Positions 8,785-18,053 of a stretch of 64,000 nucleotides of DNA are shown piece by piece. How positions within the stretch are numbered: the stretch's first letter is position 1; the number at the start of each line of letters is the position of its first letter. The translations under genes were made by a program, and so were the position numbers. Source of the DNA: Treponemataceae bacterium (GTDB taxonomy: Bacteria; Spirochaetota; Spirochaetia; Treponematales; Rectinemataceae); the NCBI GenBank assembly GCA_963678065.2, contig CAXXVZ010000002.1:128001-192000 (forward strand). Reading direction: 5' to 3'. The notes beneath the pieces are model-generated. The model did not search any database and was not told the origin of the DNA. It saw only the letters and a program-made list of their open reading frames with translations.

Positions 8785-10542
8785 CTATCCGAAGGTGAAC
8801 GCGAAGAGCCTGAGTCTGCCCTTCACGCCGAGGCTCAGAACATGTCCGCCAGGCTCGCCGAGCGAGACAAGGTGGTAGAGCCTGCCGGAATCGGGGACGA
8901 GTCTTCCCCCTCTGACATCCTCCGTATCAGGGGCAATCTTTCCGTCGAGGGTGACGCCGACCGACGCGCCCCGTTCGTCGGGCTCTATGACGAGGTAGAC
9001 ATCTTTCGCGTCGAAGCCAAGTTCGAGGAAGGCCTGCCCTGCGCCGGAGCTGACCGAGTACTCCGCGCCGATTGTCCAGGTTCCCCGCAGCGTCCATTCG
9101 CCGTTTCCCGGAACGCGGGCCGGGCGGTATTCGGCGGGGGCGTCGGGAACCGGCTCCACGGCCGAGGCGAAGCCTTTGCTGCGGGCATAACCCAGGTAGG
9201 TCTCGGGCGTTTTCGAGCTACGAACGATGTCATCCGGAGAAACCGTGGTCGCCCCGGCGACATCGAGGGAAGGATCGGCCTCGGCGAGAAGGGTCTTCAC
9301 GACTTTCTCGCTCTCAGCGTAGTTGCCTTCCCCGAAATGCCAGTACCTGACCCGTCCCTTCGCATCGATGAAATACTCGGCGGGCCAATACCGGTTGCCG
9401 AAGGCTCTCCACTGGACATAATCGTTGTCGAGGACGACGGGCCAGGTCACGCCGAGATCGCGCATCGCTCGCTCCACGTTGCTTCCGACCTTTTCGAAGG
9501 CGAACTCGGGCGAGTGCACGCCGACGATGACGAGTCCCTTGTCCCGGTACGCCTTGTACCAGCTTTGCAGGTAGGGAATGCTGCGCACGCAATTGACACA
9601 GCTGTAGGTCCAGAAGTCGACGATGACGACCTTGCCCCGGAGCGACGCGAGATCGAGCGGACTTGTGTTGAGCCAGGTCGCGCCCGCGGGGAAGTCGGGC
9701 GCCGCGCCGTAGTCGCCGACCGCTCCGGCGCTGAGGCTCCCGGTGGCGGCGCCCGAGAAGATGCCATCGGCCGCGTGGGAGCTCCCGGCCCGCGCGGCGA
9801 GCGCCTCTTTCACGGGCGCCACGTTCTCGAGCGCGGTGAGCCCGGCTCCGTATCCGGGGAATGCCCCCAGGATGGCGGTCTGGAGCTTCCTGTCCCACTG
9901 CGCGGCTATGGCCAGGCCGGCGACGATCATGAGAACTCCGAATCCCCTCTGGATGGCGTCCGAGCGCTTCGACAAAAAGGGAAGCCGCACGAGGAGCGCG
10001 CGTCCGCCGAGCATGACAGCCAGCATCGGAATCGCGGTGCCCGCAGAGTAGGCTATCGCGATGAGGACAGCGCCGCCGTCGACATTCTTCGACACGGCGA
10101 GACTGATCACTGAAGCCATGATCGGCCCCACGCAGGGCGTCCACACGAGTCCGAGGCTGAGTCCGACAGGAATCCCCCCGAGAAAACCGGAAAACCTCGA
10201 TCGGCCGCGCATCGCCGGCCGAAGGCTGTTCGATGCCAGGGACATCGTCGTTTCGAACAGGCCACGCAGCTTCGGAACGAGAGAGACGATGCCGAATCCA
10301 ATGATGGTCGCCACAGCGAGCCACCTCAGGGCATCAGCGGGGATACCGAGCAGATCGACGATGGCGGTGAGAGTCAGCGTGAAAAGCGGGAAACCCACGA
10401 CGAAGCCGGCGATGACGCCGAAGGGCCGGGCCTTTCCCCCTCCAGCGCCTCCCGAGAGGACCACCGGAAGCACAGGAAGGACGCAGGGAGAGAGAATGGT
10501 TATGACTCCCGAGAGGAAGGCGAAAGCGGCAAGTACGATCAT
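8785..10542 (-). CDS. dipZ: DipZ-like fusion: CcdA/DsbD-beta membrane domain + TlpA thioredoxin + C-terminal beta domain
   Basis: LSPCVLPVLP and WTPCVGPI (CcdA cysteines), DFWTYSCVNC, GVHSPEFAFEK, TPETYLGY. Confidence 0.88.
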   Translation of the reverse strand: MIVLAAFAFLSGVITILSPCVLPVLPVVLSGGAGGGKARPFGVIAGFVVGFPLFTLTLTAIVDLLGIPADALRWLAVATIIGFGIVSLVPKLRGLFETTMSLASNSLRPAMRGRSRFSGFLGGIPVGLSLGLVWTPCVGPIMASVISLAVSKNVDGGAVLIAIAYSAGTAIPMLAVMLGGRALLVRLPFLSKRSDAIQRGFGVLMIVAGLAIAAQWDRKLQTAILGAFPGYGAGLTALENVAPVKEALAARAGSSHAADGIFSGAATGSLSAGAVGDYGAAPDFPAGATWLNTSPLDLASLRGKVVIVDFWTYSCVNCVRSIPYLQSWYKAYRDKGLVIVGVHSPEFAFEKVGSNVERAMRDLGVTWPVVLDNDYVQWRAFGNRYWPAEYFIDAKGRVRYWHFGEGNYAESEKVVKTLLAEADPSLDVAGATTVSPDDIVRSSKTPETYLGYARSKGFASAVEPVPDAPAEYRPARVPGNGEWTLRGTWTIGAEYSVSSGAGQAFLELGFDAKDVYLVIEPDERGASVGVTLDGKIAPDTEDVRGGRLVPDSGRLYHLVSLGEPGGHVLSLGVKGRLRLFAFTFG

Positions 10543-10691
10543 GACGGCGGCCCAGGAAAATCCCGCGGCGAAGTCGAGCGGGGCTTCGACACTTCCGCCT
10601 TTCCGGATTCCGCCTCTCTTCCTTCCCTGCCTGTCCGGACGAAGCCCTGCTGCGCCGCGACGCCGACAGTGATCATTCGGTCTCTTTTCAT
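10539..10691 (-). CDS. Putative 50-aa upstream small ORF coupled to dipZ
   Basis: GGAGG 4 nt before ATG 10691. Its stop overlaps the dipZ ATG (ATGA). No recognisable family. Confidence 0.35.
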   Translation of the reverse strand: MKRDRMITVGVAAQQGFVRTGREGREAESGKAEVSKPRSTSPRDFPGPPS

Positions 10692-10947
10692 GACGCCTCC
10701 GGGGCAACCATGGTCGGACATTATATATGACTAATAAAGTAATCTTTTAAGGAAACCGAGTCAAACGACCTCGCGGGCGGGACGATACGCGAAAAGGAAA
10801 GGGCGATCAGCCAGGAAAGGGATACCTATCAGTGAATCGCAGACTTGCATTCCGGAAGGGCCTCAGCCTATAGTCGATTCCGGAATGAACACACCGCACG
10901 GCGGCGAGGTATCGTGGATCGCGCGGTACGGATCGAGGGAGGTTTTC

Positions 10948-11556
10948 ATGAGCAGATCGAGCTGTGGAATGTCCTCGCGGGACAATGCCGGCAACCTCGC
11001 ACTGAGGATTGCGCTGTCCGCGGCCGCGATCGCGGTGCTCCTCTTCGCGGGCTGCCAGACAGTGCCGCGACGCGACATGTCCAATGATCTCGTTCCTGCC
11101 GAGGTCGCCGGCTTCTCGACCTCCATCCACGACGAGCGCTATCACACCGCCACAACCAGTTCGGGCCTCGACATCGTCATCCGGGAGGATGTTTCCGGAT
11201 ATGCCAATTTCACGATCTGGGTAACCAACAATTCCGGCCAGCGTGTCGATTTCCCCGCCACCCTCGCTACGCTTTCAGCCCGCTCCCGCGACGGACATGG
11301 CACGACGTACCTCCCCATGGGCATGGAGTTGTATCTCGAGAAAGTCCTCAAATGCTATTACGAAAAAGACGGCTACGAGGAGTTCAAGGATTCGGTCAGG
11401 AAAAACTACCTGAAAGACACGACGATCGAGCCTGGCAAGACGGCCGCGGGCATTCTCCGCTACGAGATCGCGGCGGAGCGGGCGGACAACTACACGCTCA
11501 GGCTGCACTTCGGCGAGAGGGAAGTCAGCTTCAGGTACATGACGCCCCGGCAATAA
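10948..11556 (+). CDS. Hypothetical lipoprotein
   Basis: GGGAGG RBS, then a hydrophobic signal ending in lipobox LFAG|C. Biased codon usage. Confidence 0.7.
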   Translation: MSRSSCGMSSRDNAGNLALRIALSAAAIAVLLFAGCQTVPRRDMSNDLVPAEVAGFSTSIHDERYHTATTSSGLDIVIREDVSGYANFTIWVTNNSGQRVDFPATLATLSARSRDGHGTTYLPMGMELYLEKVLKCYYEKDGYEEFKDSVRKNYLKDTTIEPGKTAAGILRYEIAAERADNYTLRLHFGEREVSFRYMTPRQ

Positions 11557-11582
11557 ACGACGGATCTTCGTCGCCAACCCGA

Positions 11583-12083
11583 TCAGGCGGCTTTCCCCCT
11601 TTTCCCGACATTCCTGATTTCGTGCAAGAGGACCACCGCGGCGAAGGCCATGAGGTACAAGTCCGCGACATTGAAAATCCCCGTGCGAAGGCTTCCTATG
11701 CCCATATTCATGAAATCCCGGACCGAGCCGTACGCAATCCTGTCAATGATGTTGCCGAGCCCGCCCGAGACTACCAGACTCGCGAGAGTGAGGGAGTAAG
11801 CGGAAAAATCCCCCTTTCTCCACATGAAGACGACGAATGCGGCGATGATGACAATTGGCATCACAATGAAAACCACGGGCCAGATGGCCTCTGAAGTCTT
11901 GTTGCCGAGCGAGAGGAAAGCCCCCCTGTTGCGTGCGTAGAGCAGGATGAAAAAATCTCCGAACACCGGAACTGTGCCCCTGCCGTAGAGCAGGCGGTCG
12001 GCGAGAAATTTGCTGGCCTGGTCGAGGACCGTGAGCCCCGCTGTCGCGCCCGCGAGGGCGGAAAAAAACGCGCTTCTCTTCAT
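11583..12083 (-). CDS. lspA: Signal peptidase II (lipoprotein signal peptidase)
   Basis: LDQASK, NRGAFLS, GGLGNIIDR, VRDF, FNVAD (catalytic Asp motifs). Confidence 0.95.
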   Translation of the reverse strand: MKRSAFFSALAGATAGLTVLDQASKFLADRLLYGRGTVPVFGDFFILLYARNRGAFLSLGNKTSEAIWPVVFIVMPIVIIAAFVVFMWRKGDFSAYSLTLASLVVSGGLGNIIDRIAYGSVRDFMNMGIGSLRTGIFNVADLYLMAFAAVVLLHEIRNVGKRGKAA

Positions 12084-12141
12084 GATCCATGAGTTATATC
12101 CGCAATCCGGAGCTTTTTCCACAACCGCGCCTTACAAGGGA

Positions 12142-12170
12142 TTGAACAAGATATTTCCTGTCGGTAGACT
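12142..12170 (+). promoter_or_regulatory. Putative sigma70 promoter of the decarboxylase operon
   Basis: TTGAAC-17 bp-TAGACT in the AT-rich divergent intergenic region. Confidence 0.45.
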
Positions 12171-12275
12171 CATTCGGGTCAGAGAATCGTCTTTACATGC
12201 AAAACCATATCCAGATACGAATTAAGATGGATTAGTCCATTCCGGGAATCAATTTTCCGAAAAACCACTGGAGCG

Positions 12276-13775
12276 ATGATGAAAAAATACCGGAACAGCA
12301 GGCCGATGAGCACAGCTATCTTCTTTTTCGCGGTCATCTTTTGTGTCGCCGCGCCCTGCGGGGTTTTTGCCCAGAATGCTCCGACACAAGGATCGACAGC
12401 GCCGGCTGCCACCGCGCAGGCCGCGGCGTCCGGCCCCTCCGCCACAGTCGCTGTTGGGCCGGACGCGGGCAGCCCGGCGGCGGTCCAGCCGACTGCGATC
12501 ACGCCCGCCGCGCCGGTCAACCCGGCAAACAGCGTGCTCAAGACGCTCTTCGCCAACTTTCAGGGAATAGCGACGCTCTTCGCCCAATCGCCTTCCATAG
12601 CGTGGGCCCGTATCGCCCTCATCTTTCTCGGATTCGCCCTCGTCTACCTGGGCAAGAAAGGCATCCTCGAACCGCTGCTCATGATCCCCATGGGTCTCGG
12701 CATGGCCACCGTGAACGCGGGCGTCATGTTCTTCGACCCCCTCATGCTGCACAAAGGCATCGGGACCCTCTTCCTCGAAGCGCAGGCCGGCGCCTCGACC
12801 GACATGGTAAAGAACGCCGCCGATCTCATGTACGTCCTCCAGCTCGACTTCCTCCAGCCGATCTACACCTTCATGTTCTCGAACGGCCTCATCGCCTGTC
12901 TCGTTTTCCTGGGAATCGGCAGCCTCCTCGACGTTGGCTTCGTCCTCATGCACCCCTTCATCAGCATGTTCCTCGCCCTGGCCGCCGAGCTCGGCACCAT
13001 CCTCACTCTTCCGATCGCCCAGATCTTCGGCTTCACCGTGAAGCAGGCCGCGGCCATCGCCATGGTCGGCGGAGCCGACGGCCCCATGGTCCTTTTCACG
13101 AGTCTCAAACTCGCCCCCGAACTCTTCGTCCCCATAGCCGTCGTCGCCTACCTCTACCTCGGCCTCACCTACGGCGGCTACCCCTACCTCATCAAACTCA
13201 TGGTCCCCAAAAAGATCCGCGGAACGCCGATGTCCATGCCCGAGGTCGCCTCGACGATCACCTCGGGCCAGAAGCTCGCCTTCGCCGTCTTCATCTGCGC
13301 CTTCCTCTCCCTCCTCTTCCCCGTCGCCGCGCCGCTCTTCTTCTCCCTCTTTCTCGGCATCGCCATCCGCGAATCGGGCCTGAAATCCTTCCAGACCCTC
13401 GTGAGCGAGACCATCCTCTACGGCGCGACCCTCTTCCTCGGCATTCTTCTCGGCATCCTCTGCGAAGCATCGACGATCCTCAGTCCCCAGGTACTTCCCC
13501 TCCTCCTTCTGGGCATGCTCTCTCTCTTGCTCTCCGGTATCGGCGGCATCCTCGGCGGCTACGTCGTGTACTTCGTGACGAAGGGGAAATGGAATCCCGT
13601 CGTTGGCATCGCGGGCGTCTCCTGCGTGCCGAGCACGGCCAAAGTCGCGCAGAAATGCGTGTCGGCCATCAATCCGCAGGCCATGATCATGCCCTACGCG
13701 CTCGGCGCGAACATTTCGGGCGTCATCACGACGGCTATCATCGCGGCCGTCTACGTGACGGCCCTGGGCAAGTGA
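12276..13775 (+). CDS. Na+-translocating carboxybiotin decarboxylase beta subunit (OadB/MadB family) with N-terminal signal and Ala/Pro linker
   Basis: LEPLLMIPMG, GGADGP (catalytic Asp), GIAGVSCVPSTAKVAQ, GANISGVI. Polytopic membrane protein. Confidence 0.92.
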   Translation: MMKKYRNSRPMSTAIFFFAVIFCVAAPCGVFAQNAPTQGSTAPAATAQAAASGPSATVAVGPDAGSPAAVQPTAITPAAPVNPANSVLKTLFANFQGIATLFAQSPSIAWARIALIFLGFALVYLGKKGILEPLLMIPMGLGMATVNAGVMFFDPLMLHKGIGTLFLEAQAGASTDMVKNAADLMYVLQLDFLQPIYTFMFSNGLIACLVFLGIGSLLDVGFVLMHPFISMFLALAAELGTILTLPIAQIFGFTVKQAAAIAMVGGADGPMVLFTSLKLAPELFVPIAVVAYLYLGLTYGGYPYLIKLMVPKKIRGTPMSMPEVASTITSGQKLAFAVFICAFLSLLFPVAAPLFFSLFLGIAIRESGLKSFQTLVSETILYGATLFLGILLGILCEASTILSPQVLPLLLLGMLSLLLSGIGGILGGYVVYFVTKGKWNPVVGIAGVSCVPSTAKVAQKCVSAINPQAMIMPYALGANISGVITTAIIAAVYVTALGK

Positions 13776-13785
13776 GGAGGATGAC

Positions 13786-14322
13786 ATGATTCTGGAACTC
13801 GTCGGAGCGGTCATTCTCGTGGCGGCTCTCGTCGTCCTCATCCGCATGGAAGCGGACCTGCACCGCACGGCCGAAACACTCGGCGGCATCGTCAAAGCCC
13901 TGGAGAACGAACCGCGGAGGACAGCCCGGGCTGCGGGGCTGCGGCCCATGCCCGAATCGCGGGATGCCCCTGACGCCCAGCCGGCGCCGGCTTCGCCCCG
14001 GCCCGACGCCGAAGTCGCCGCCGCGATAGCAGCGGCCCGGCTCGCGCAGCTGCGCCTCGCCGCCACAACCGGAAGGAACATACTCCTGTCGGGCCCGGCT
14101 CCCGCACAGACGGCCACCCCCTCCACGGTTTCCACGCCGGCTTCGCCGCCTGCTCCCGCGCATGCCGGAAAGGACAGGGCCGAAGACGACGGCGTCAAAG
14201 GAGACAGGGCCGGAGCCCACGCCGCCTACGATGGCATGGGCTCGGGCTTCATCGACGTGATCGGATCCGAACCCGATGTCGGGTATCCTGGCCAAACCCC
14301 CGGACAAGGAGAGTCCAGATGA
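13786..14322 (+). CDS. OadG-like (gamma/delta) subunit
   Basis: N-terminal TM helix, Pro/Ala linker and EVAAAIAAA motif. Lies between the beta and alpha subunit genes. Confidence 0.6.
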   Translation: MILELVGAVILVAALVVLIRMEADLHRTAETLGGIVKALENEPRRTARAAGLRPMPESRDAPDAQPAPASPRPDAEVAAAIAAARLAQLRLAATTGRNILLSGPAPAQTATPSTVSTPASPPAPAHAGKDRAEDDGVKGDRAGAHAAYDGMGSGFIDVIGSEPDVGYPGQTPGQGESR

Positions 14323-16541
14323 AACGGATCGATGTCCTTCTGACCGCTTTCCGCGACGGCATCCAGTCAGCCTACGGCGCCCGCGTGCTCTCCGCCGACT
14401 ACCTCCCCGCCGTCAGGGCCGCCTCCTACGCGGGCATCCGCCGCTTCGAGTTCGGAGGAGGCGCCCTCTACCAGGCCTCTGTCCTGTTCTGCAACGAAAG
14501 CCCTTACGCAAGGATGGATGCTTTCCGCGAGGCGTCGGGTCCGGACGCCGAACTCCAGGTTCTCTCGCGCGGCGTGAGCCTCGTCGGGCTCGAGCCCCAG
14601 GGGCACGACATGGTCGGACTCTACGCGCGGCTCCTGAAACGCCACGGGACCGACACCGTCCGCAATTTCGACGCCCTGAACGACGTGGCGAATATCGCCG
14701 CCTCAGGCCAGGCCATCGTGGCGGCCGGACTCAGTCACGAGCCGGCCATCTGTGTGACAGACCCTCCTCCCGGCTCCGTCCTCGCGGGAATCCATACTCC
14801 CGAGCACTACCGCGACATCCTGAAGGCGATCATGGAGGCCGGCACCTCCTTCGGCTCGATCTGCTTCAAGGACTCCACCGGTTCCATGCGCCCCTCCGGC
14901 GTCTTCGAGACAGTCAGACTCGCGCGCAAGCTCCTCGGCCCCTCGATCCCGATCGCGTGGCACACGCACGACAGCCTCGGGCTCGGCATCGCGGCCTACC
15001 TCGCCGCAGTGGAGGCCGGGGCCGACCGCATCGACCTCTCGCTCTCGCCGCTCTCCGGAGGCGCCTGCCAGCCCGACCTCATCTCATTCTGGCACGCGCT
15101 CAGGGGCTCGGAGTTCAGTCTCGACATCGACGCCGCTAAAATCCTCGCCGTCGAAGAATCGCTCAAAAAATCCCTCTCGCGCTACCGCATGGTCCCTGAA
15201 GCCGAGCGGATAGACCCGCTCGTCCTCTTCTACCCCATGCCGGGCGGCGCAGTGGCGGCCAACGCGAATCTTCTGCGCGACCAGGGAATGGCGGGCAAGT
15301 ACGACGAGATCATCCACGCCCTCGGCGAAGTCTTCACCAAGGGCGGCGGCGGTTCTCCCGTCACCCCCGTGAGCCAGTACTACATCCAGCAGGCTTACCA
15401 GAACGTGTCTTACGGCACATGGAAGCGCATCGCCCCGGGCTATGGGCGCATGGTGCTCGGCTATCTCGGCAAGACTCCGCTCCCGCCGGACCCCGAGGTC
15501 GTCGCCCTCGCCTCGCGGGAACTGCGGCTCCCGCCCGCCGATTCTGACCCCATGACCCTCGCCGACAGGAACCCCACCAACTCGCTTCGGGCAGTGAGCT
15601 CGATCCTCCGCCAGCGCGGCTTGCCGGAGGATGAGGAATCGCTCGCCATCGCGGCTATCTGCGGGGAAAAAGGTCTTCGCTTTCTGGAGGGCAAGGCCAG
15701 CCCTTCGCTCGCTCTCGATCCCGTATCGACGAAGGTACATGAAGCCGGCTCACCGCGTGCAAAGCATGCGGCGGGCGGGCCGACCTCGGGGGCTGTTCCG
15801 GGCTGGGCTCCCGCGCAGACGGGCACGGAAGCCGGCAGTCTCTCTGCCTTGGGCGACTTCACAGTCCTCCTCAACGACCGCGCCTATGGCATAAAGTTCT
15901 CGGGCGAGGGTGTGACGGTGGACGGCGTTTCCTATGCCTACTCGGTCCTCGACGGAATCGACGACGACCTGCTTTCGCGTCAGGCTGCCCTCTCCCGGAC
16001 TGGCTCGGGGGATGTGCGCGCGGAGGCCGGCGAAATCCGCGCCCCGATGCCTGGCATGATCGTCCGGATCAACAAGCGGATCGGCGACAAAGTCGCGGTC
16101 GGAGAGACCGTCCTCGTCCTCGAATCCATGACGGCCGAGATCCCCGTGAACTCGCGTCTCTCGGGCGTCGTCGTCGACCTGCCCGCCGCGTGGGGCGACC
16201 ATGTCGAGGCGGGTCAGCCCCTCGTGCGGCTGACCGTCGTCACGCACGAGAGCATCGACGCCGTATCGCAGGCGGAGGACGGCACCCTCCGTGCGGGGGA
16301 CAGAGGCGACACCGTCATCGTCGAGTCGCCCATCGCAGGACTCGTGCTCCGCATCTACAAGGCTCCGGGCGAGCGCGTGCTCGCAGGCGAATCCATCCTC
16401 GTCGCCGAATCCCTCAAGATGGAGCGCCCCGTGAACTCCCCCGTCGAAGGCGTGATTGAGTCGATCCGCGTCAGGCAGGGAGAAATGATGGGCAAAAACC
16501 AGTCGATCGCGGCCATAGTCCGCAAAGGGGTCAGACCATGA
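14319..16541 (+). CDS. OadA/PycB-like keto-acid carboxyltransferase with two tandem biotinyl-type domains
   Basis: TAFRDGIQS, FKDSTG, HTHD, PMPGG, VTPVSQ. C-terminal domains APMPG...LESMTAE and SPIAG...AESLKME. Confidence 0.88.
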   Translation: MKRIDVLLTAFRDGIQSAYGARVLSADYLPAVRAASYAGIRRFEFGGGALYQASVLFCNESPYARMDAFREASGPDAELQVLSRGVSLVGLEPQGHDMVGLYARLLKRHGTDTVRNFDALNDVANIAASGQAIVAAGLSHEPAICVTDPPPGSVLAGIHTPEHYRDILKAIMEAGTSFGSICFKDSTGSMRPSGVFETVRLARKLLGPSIPIAWHTHDSLGLGIAAYLAAVEAGADRIDLSLSPLSGGACQPDLISFWHALRGSEFSLDIDAAKILAVEESLKKSLSRYRMVPEAERIDPLVLFYPMPGGAVAANANLLRDQGMAGKYDEIIHALGEVFTKGGGGSPVTPVSQYYIQQAYQNVSYGTWKRIAPGYGRMVLGYLGKTPLPPDPEVVALASRELRLPPADSDPMTLADRNPTNSLRAVSSILRQRGLPEDEESLAIAAICGEKGLRFLEGKASPSLALDPVSTKVHEAGSPRAKHAAGGPTSGAVPGWAPAQTGTEAGSLSALGDFTVLLNDRAYGIKFSGEGVTVDGVSYAYSVLDGIDDDLLSRQAALSRTGSGDVRAEAGEIRAPMPGMIVRINKRIGDKVAVGETVLVLESMTAEIPVNSRLSGVVVDLPAAWGDHVEAGQPLVRLTVVTHESIDAVSQAEDGTLRAGDRGDTVIVESPIAGLVLRIYKAPGERVLAGESILVAESLKMERPVNSPVEGVIESIRVRQGEMMGKNQSIAAIVRKGVRP

Positions 16542-16660
16542 GCGGACTCTCCGTCGCCCTCGAAACCTACGGCCTCTCGGCCGTCATCTCCTTCATCGTC
16601 GCGGGACTCATCGTCGTCATCAGGAAGGCCGTCCAGCTCGGGCCGAAGAAGAAGGGCTAG
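16538..16660 (+). CDS. 40-aa single-TM membrane peptide closing the decarboxylase operon
   Basis: MSGLSVALETYGLSAVISFIVAGLIVVIRKAVQLGPKKKG*. ATGA overlap with the alpha gene, C-ending codon bias and a positive-inside tail. Below the ORF-track cutoff. Confidence 0.7.
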   Translation: MSGLSVALETYGLSAVISFIVAGLIVVIRKAVQLGPKKKG

Positions 16661-16729
16661 AGACAACCGAAAACCGCACGACCGCCGCGCGGTATGAAAC
16701 CCAGCTCCGAATCAGCGAAGATGCCGGCC

Positions 16730-17725
16730 TCAGCCCAGCATCTTCGCGAAGAACGCTATCTTCTCCGAGACATGGCGGCTTCCGCCTCCCTCGTGGCCGT
16801 TCCAGTTGTAGACGCGGATCTCTTTCTCGCCGGCCCAGGCGTTGTAGGCGGCGAAGACGGTCGAAGGCGGACAGATCAGGTCCATGAGGGCCGTGGAGAA
16901 GAGGGAAGGAATCTTCGCGCGGGACGCGAAATTGACGCCGTCGAAGTAGCTCAGGGTCTCGAAGACTTGCTTCTCCATTGTGTAGTTCACGTGGAGGAAT
17001 TCCCTGATTTCAGAGTAGGGCCTCGCGTCCGTCAGTTCGACGGCGCGCCGGAAGTGGCAGAGGAAGGGCACGTCGGGTGCAGCCGCGCGGACCCTGTCAG
17101 AGAGTCCCGCGACCGCGACTGAGAGCCCGCCGCCCTGGCTTCCGCCCGTGATCGCGATCCTGTCGGGATCGACGCCGGGCAGGCTGGCCGCGGCGCCGAC
17201 GGCGGCCACGGCGTCGGCGATAAGCCGCCGATAGTAGTAGGAATCGGGACTCTGGATGCCCCGCGTCATGAAACCGGGGAAGGACGGGCCGTAATCTTTC
17301 CCGCCGTCGTCGGGCGTGTCGCCGTGGAGCCAGGCTCCGCCCTGCCCCCTCGTGTCCATGACGAAGTGCGCATAGCCCGCCGTAGCCCAGAGGAGCCAGT
17401 CCCAGGGATTGCCGCGGCCGCCGCCGTAGCCGAGGTACTCCACGACGCAGGGCAGGGCTCCCGCGACGCCGGCGGGACGGATCAGCCACGCCTTGACGGG
17501 AGTTCCCGCCCAGCCGACGAAACTGAGGTCGAGGACCTCGACGCGGGAGAGACCTGTTTCGATTCTGCGGGCTTCGATGATGGAGCCGGAGCGCCCCACA
17601 TCCCGCCCTTCGGCGGGGAAGCCGGAAACCGCGAGAGTCTCCCTCCAGAATGCGTCGAAGTCGGCGGGTTCGTCGACCTTGGGTTTATAGGATTCGAGCT
17701 GTTCTCTGGGTAGATCGAAAAGCAT
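16730..17725 (-). CDS. Acetylxylan esterase / cephalosporin-C deacetylase (CE7, AXE1)
   Basis: PADFDAFW, DTRGQ, GGSQGG nucleophile, DLICPPSTVFAAYN, NGHEGG. Confidence 0.93.
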   Translation of the reverse strand: MLFDLPREQLESYKPKVDEPADFDAFWRETLAVSGFPAEGRDVGRSGSIIEARRIETGLSRVEVLDLSFVGWAGTPVKAWLIRPAGVAGALPCVVEYLGYGGGRGNPWDWLLWATAGYAHFVMDTRGQGGAWLHGDTPDDGGKDYGPSFPGFMTRGIQSPDSYYYRRLIADAVAAVGAAASLPGVDPDRIAITGGSQGGGLSVAVAGLSDRVRAAAPDVPFLCHFRRAVELTDARPYSEIREFLHVNYTMEKQVFETLSYFDGVNFASRAKIPSLFSTALMDLICPPSTVFAAYNAWAGEKEIRVYNWNGHEGGGSRHVSEKIAFFAKMLG

Positions 17726-17857
17726 GGTTGTGTCTCCTGGTTTCCGGAATGCGAGCAGGAATGGCTATTCCGTATTTGTCAGGATTTTCCCGCATCCGCC
17801 GGCAGCGGTCAAGCGAAAAACGGAGTGCCGCCAAGTGCTGTGCAGTCAAGACCTCAG

Positions 17858-18035
17858 TGGAACGTTATTGGCGGGTCTCGGCATGGACGTCGAGCCCTAC
17901 AAACCTGGATGCCTTCTGTTCTATACTGTCCATGATCGCCCCCTTCGTATGTAGCTCTACGCTACGATCTTCCCGATTGCCGCGCAACCTACGGTTTCCG
18001 ATCGGGGCGGCCACTTCATCATGATTAGATTCCAT
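17858..18035 (-). mobile_element. IS110-family remnant (left end + first ~20 codons of transposase)
   Basis: AAGGGGG RBS, ATG 17933, then MDSIEQKASRFVGLDVHAET followed by RQ* at 17865. GLDVH resembles the first catalytic Asp motif of DEDD transposases. Short TGGAA/TTCCA inverted ends. Confidence 0.55.
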
Positions 18036-18053
18036 CTTTTTGGGAGGCAATTC

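Noticed and set aside
12249..14198. Long antisense ORFs (also 8782-10113, 22255-23517, 49408-51486, 61659-62924 and many others)
   Set aside because: Shadow frames of well-supported genes in GC-rich, codon-biased DNA; no family motifs.
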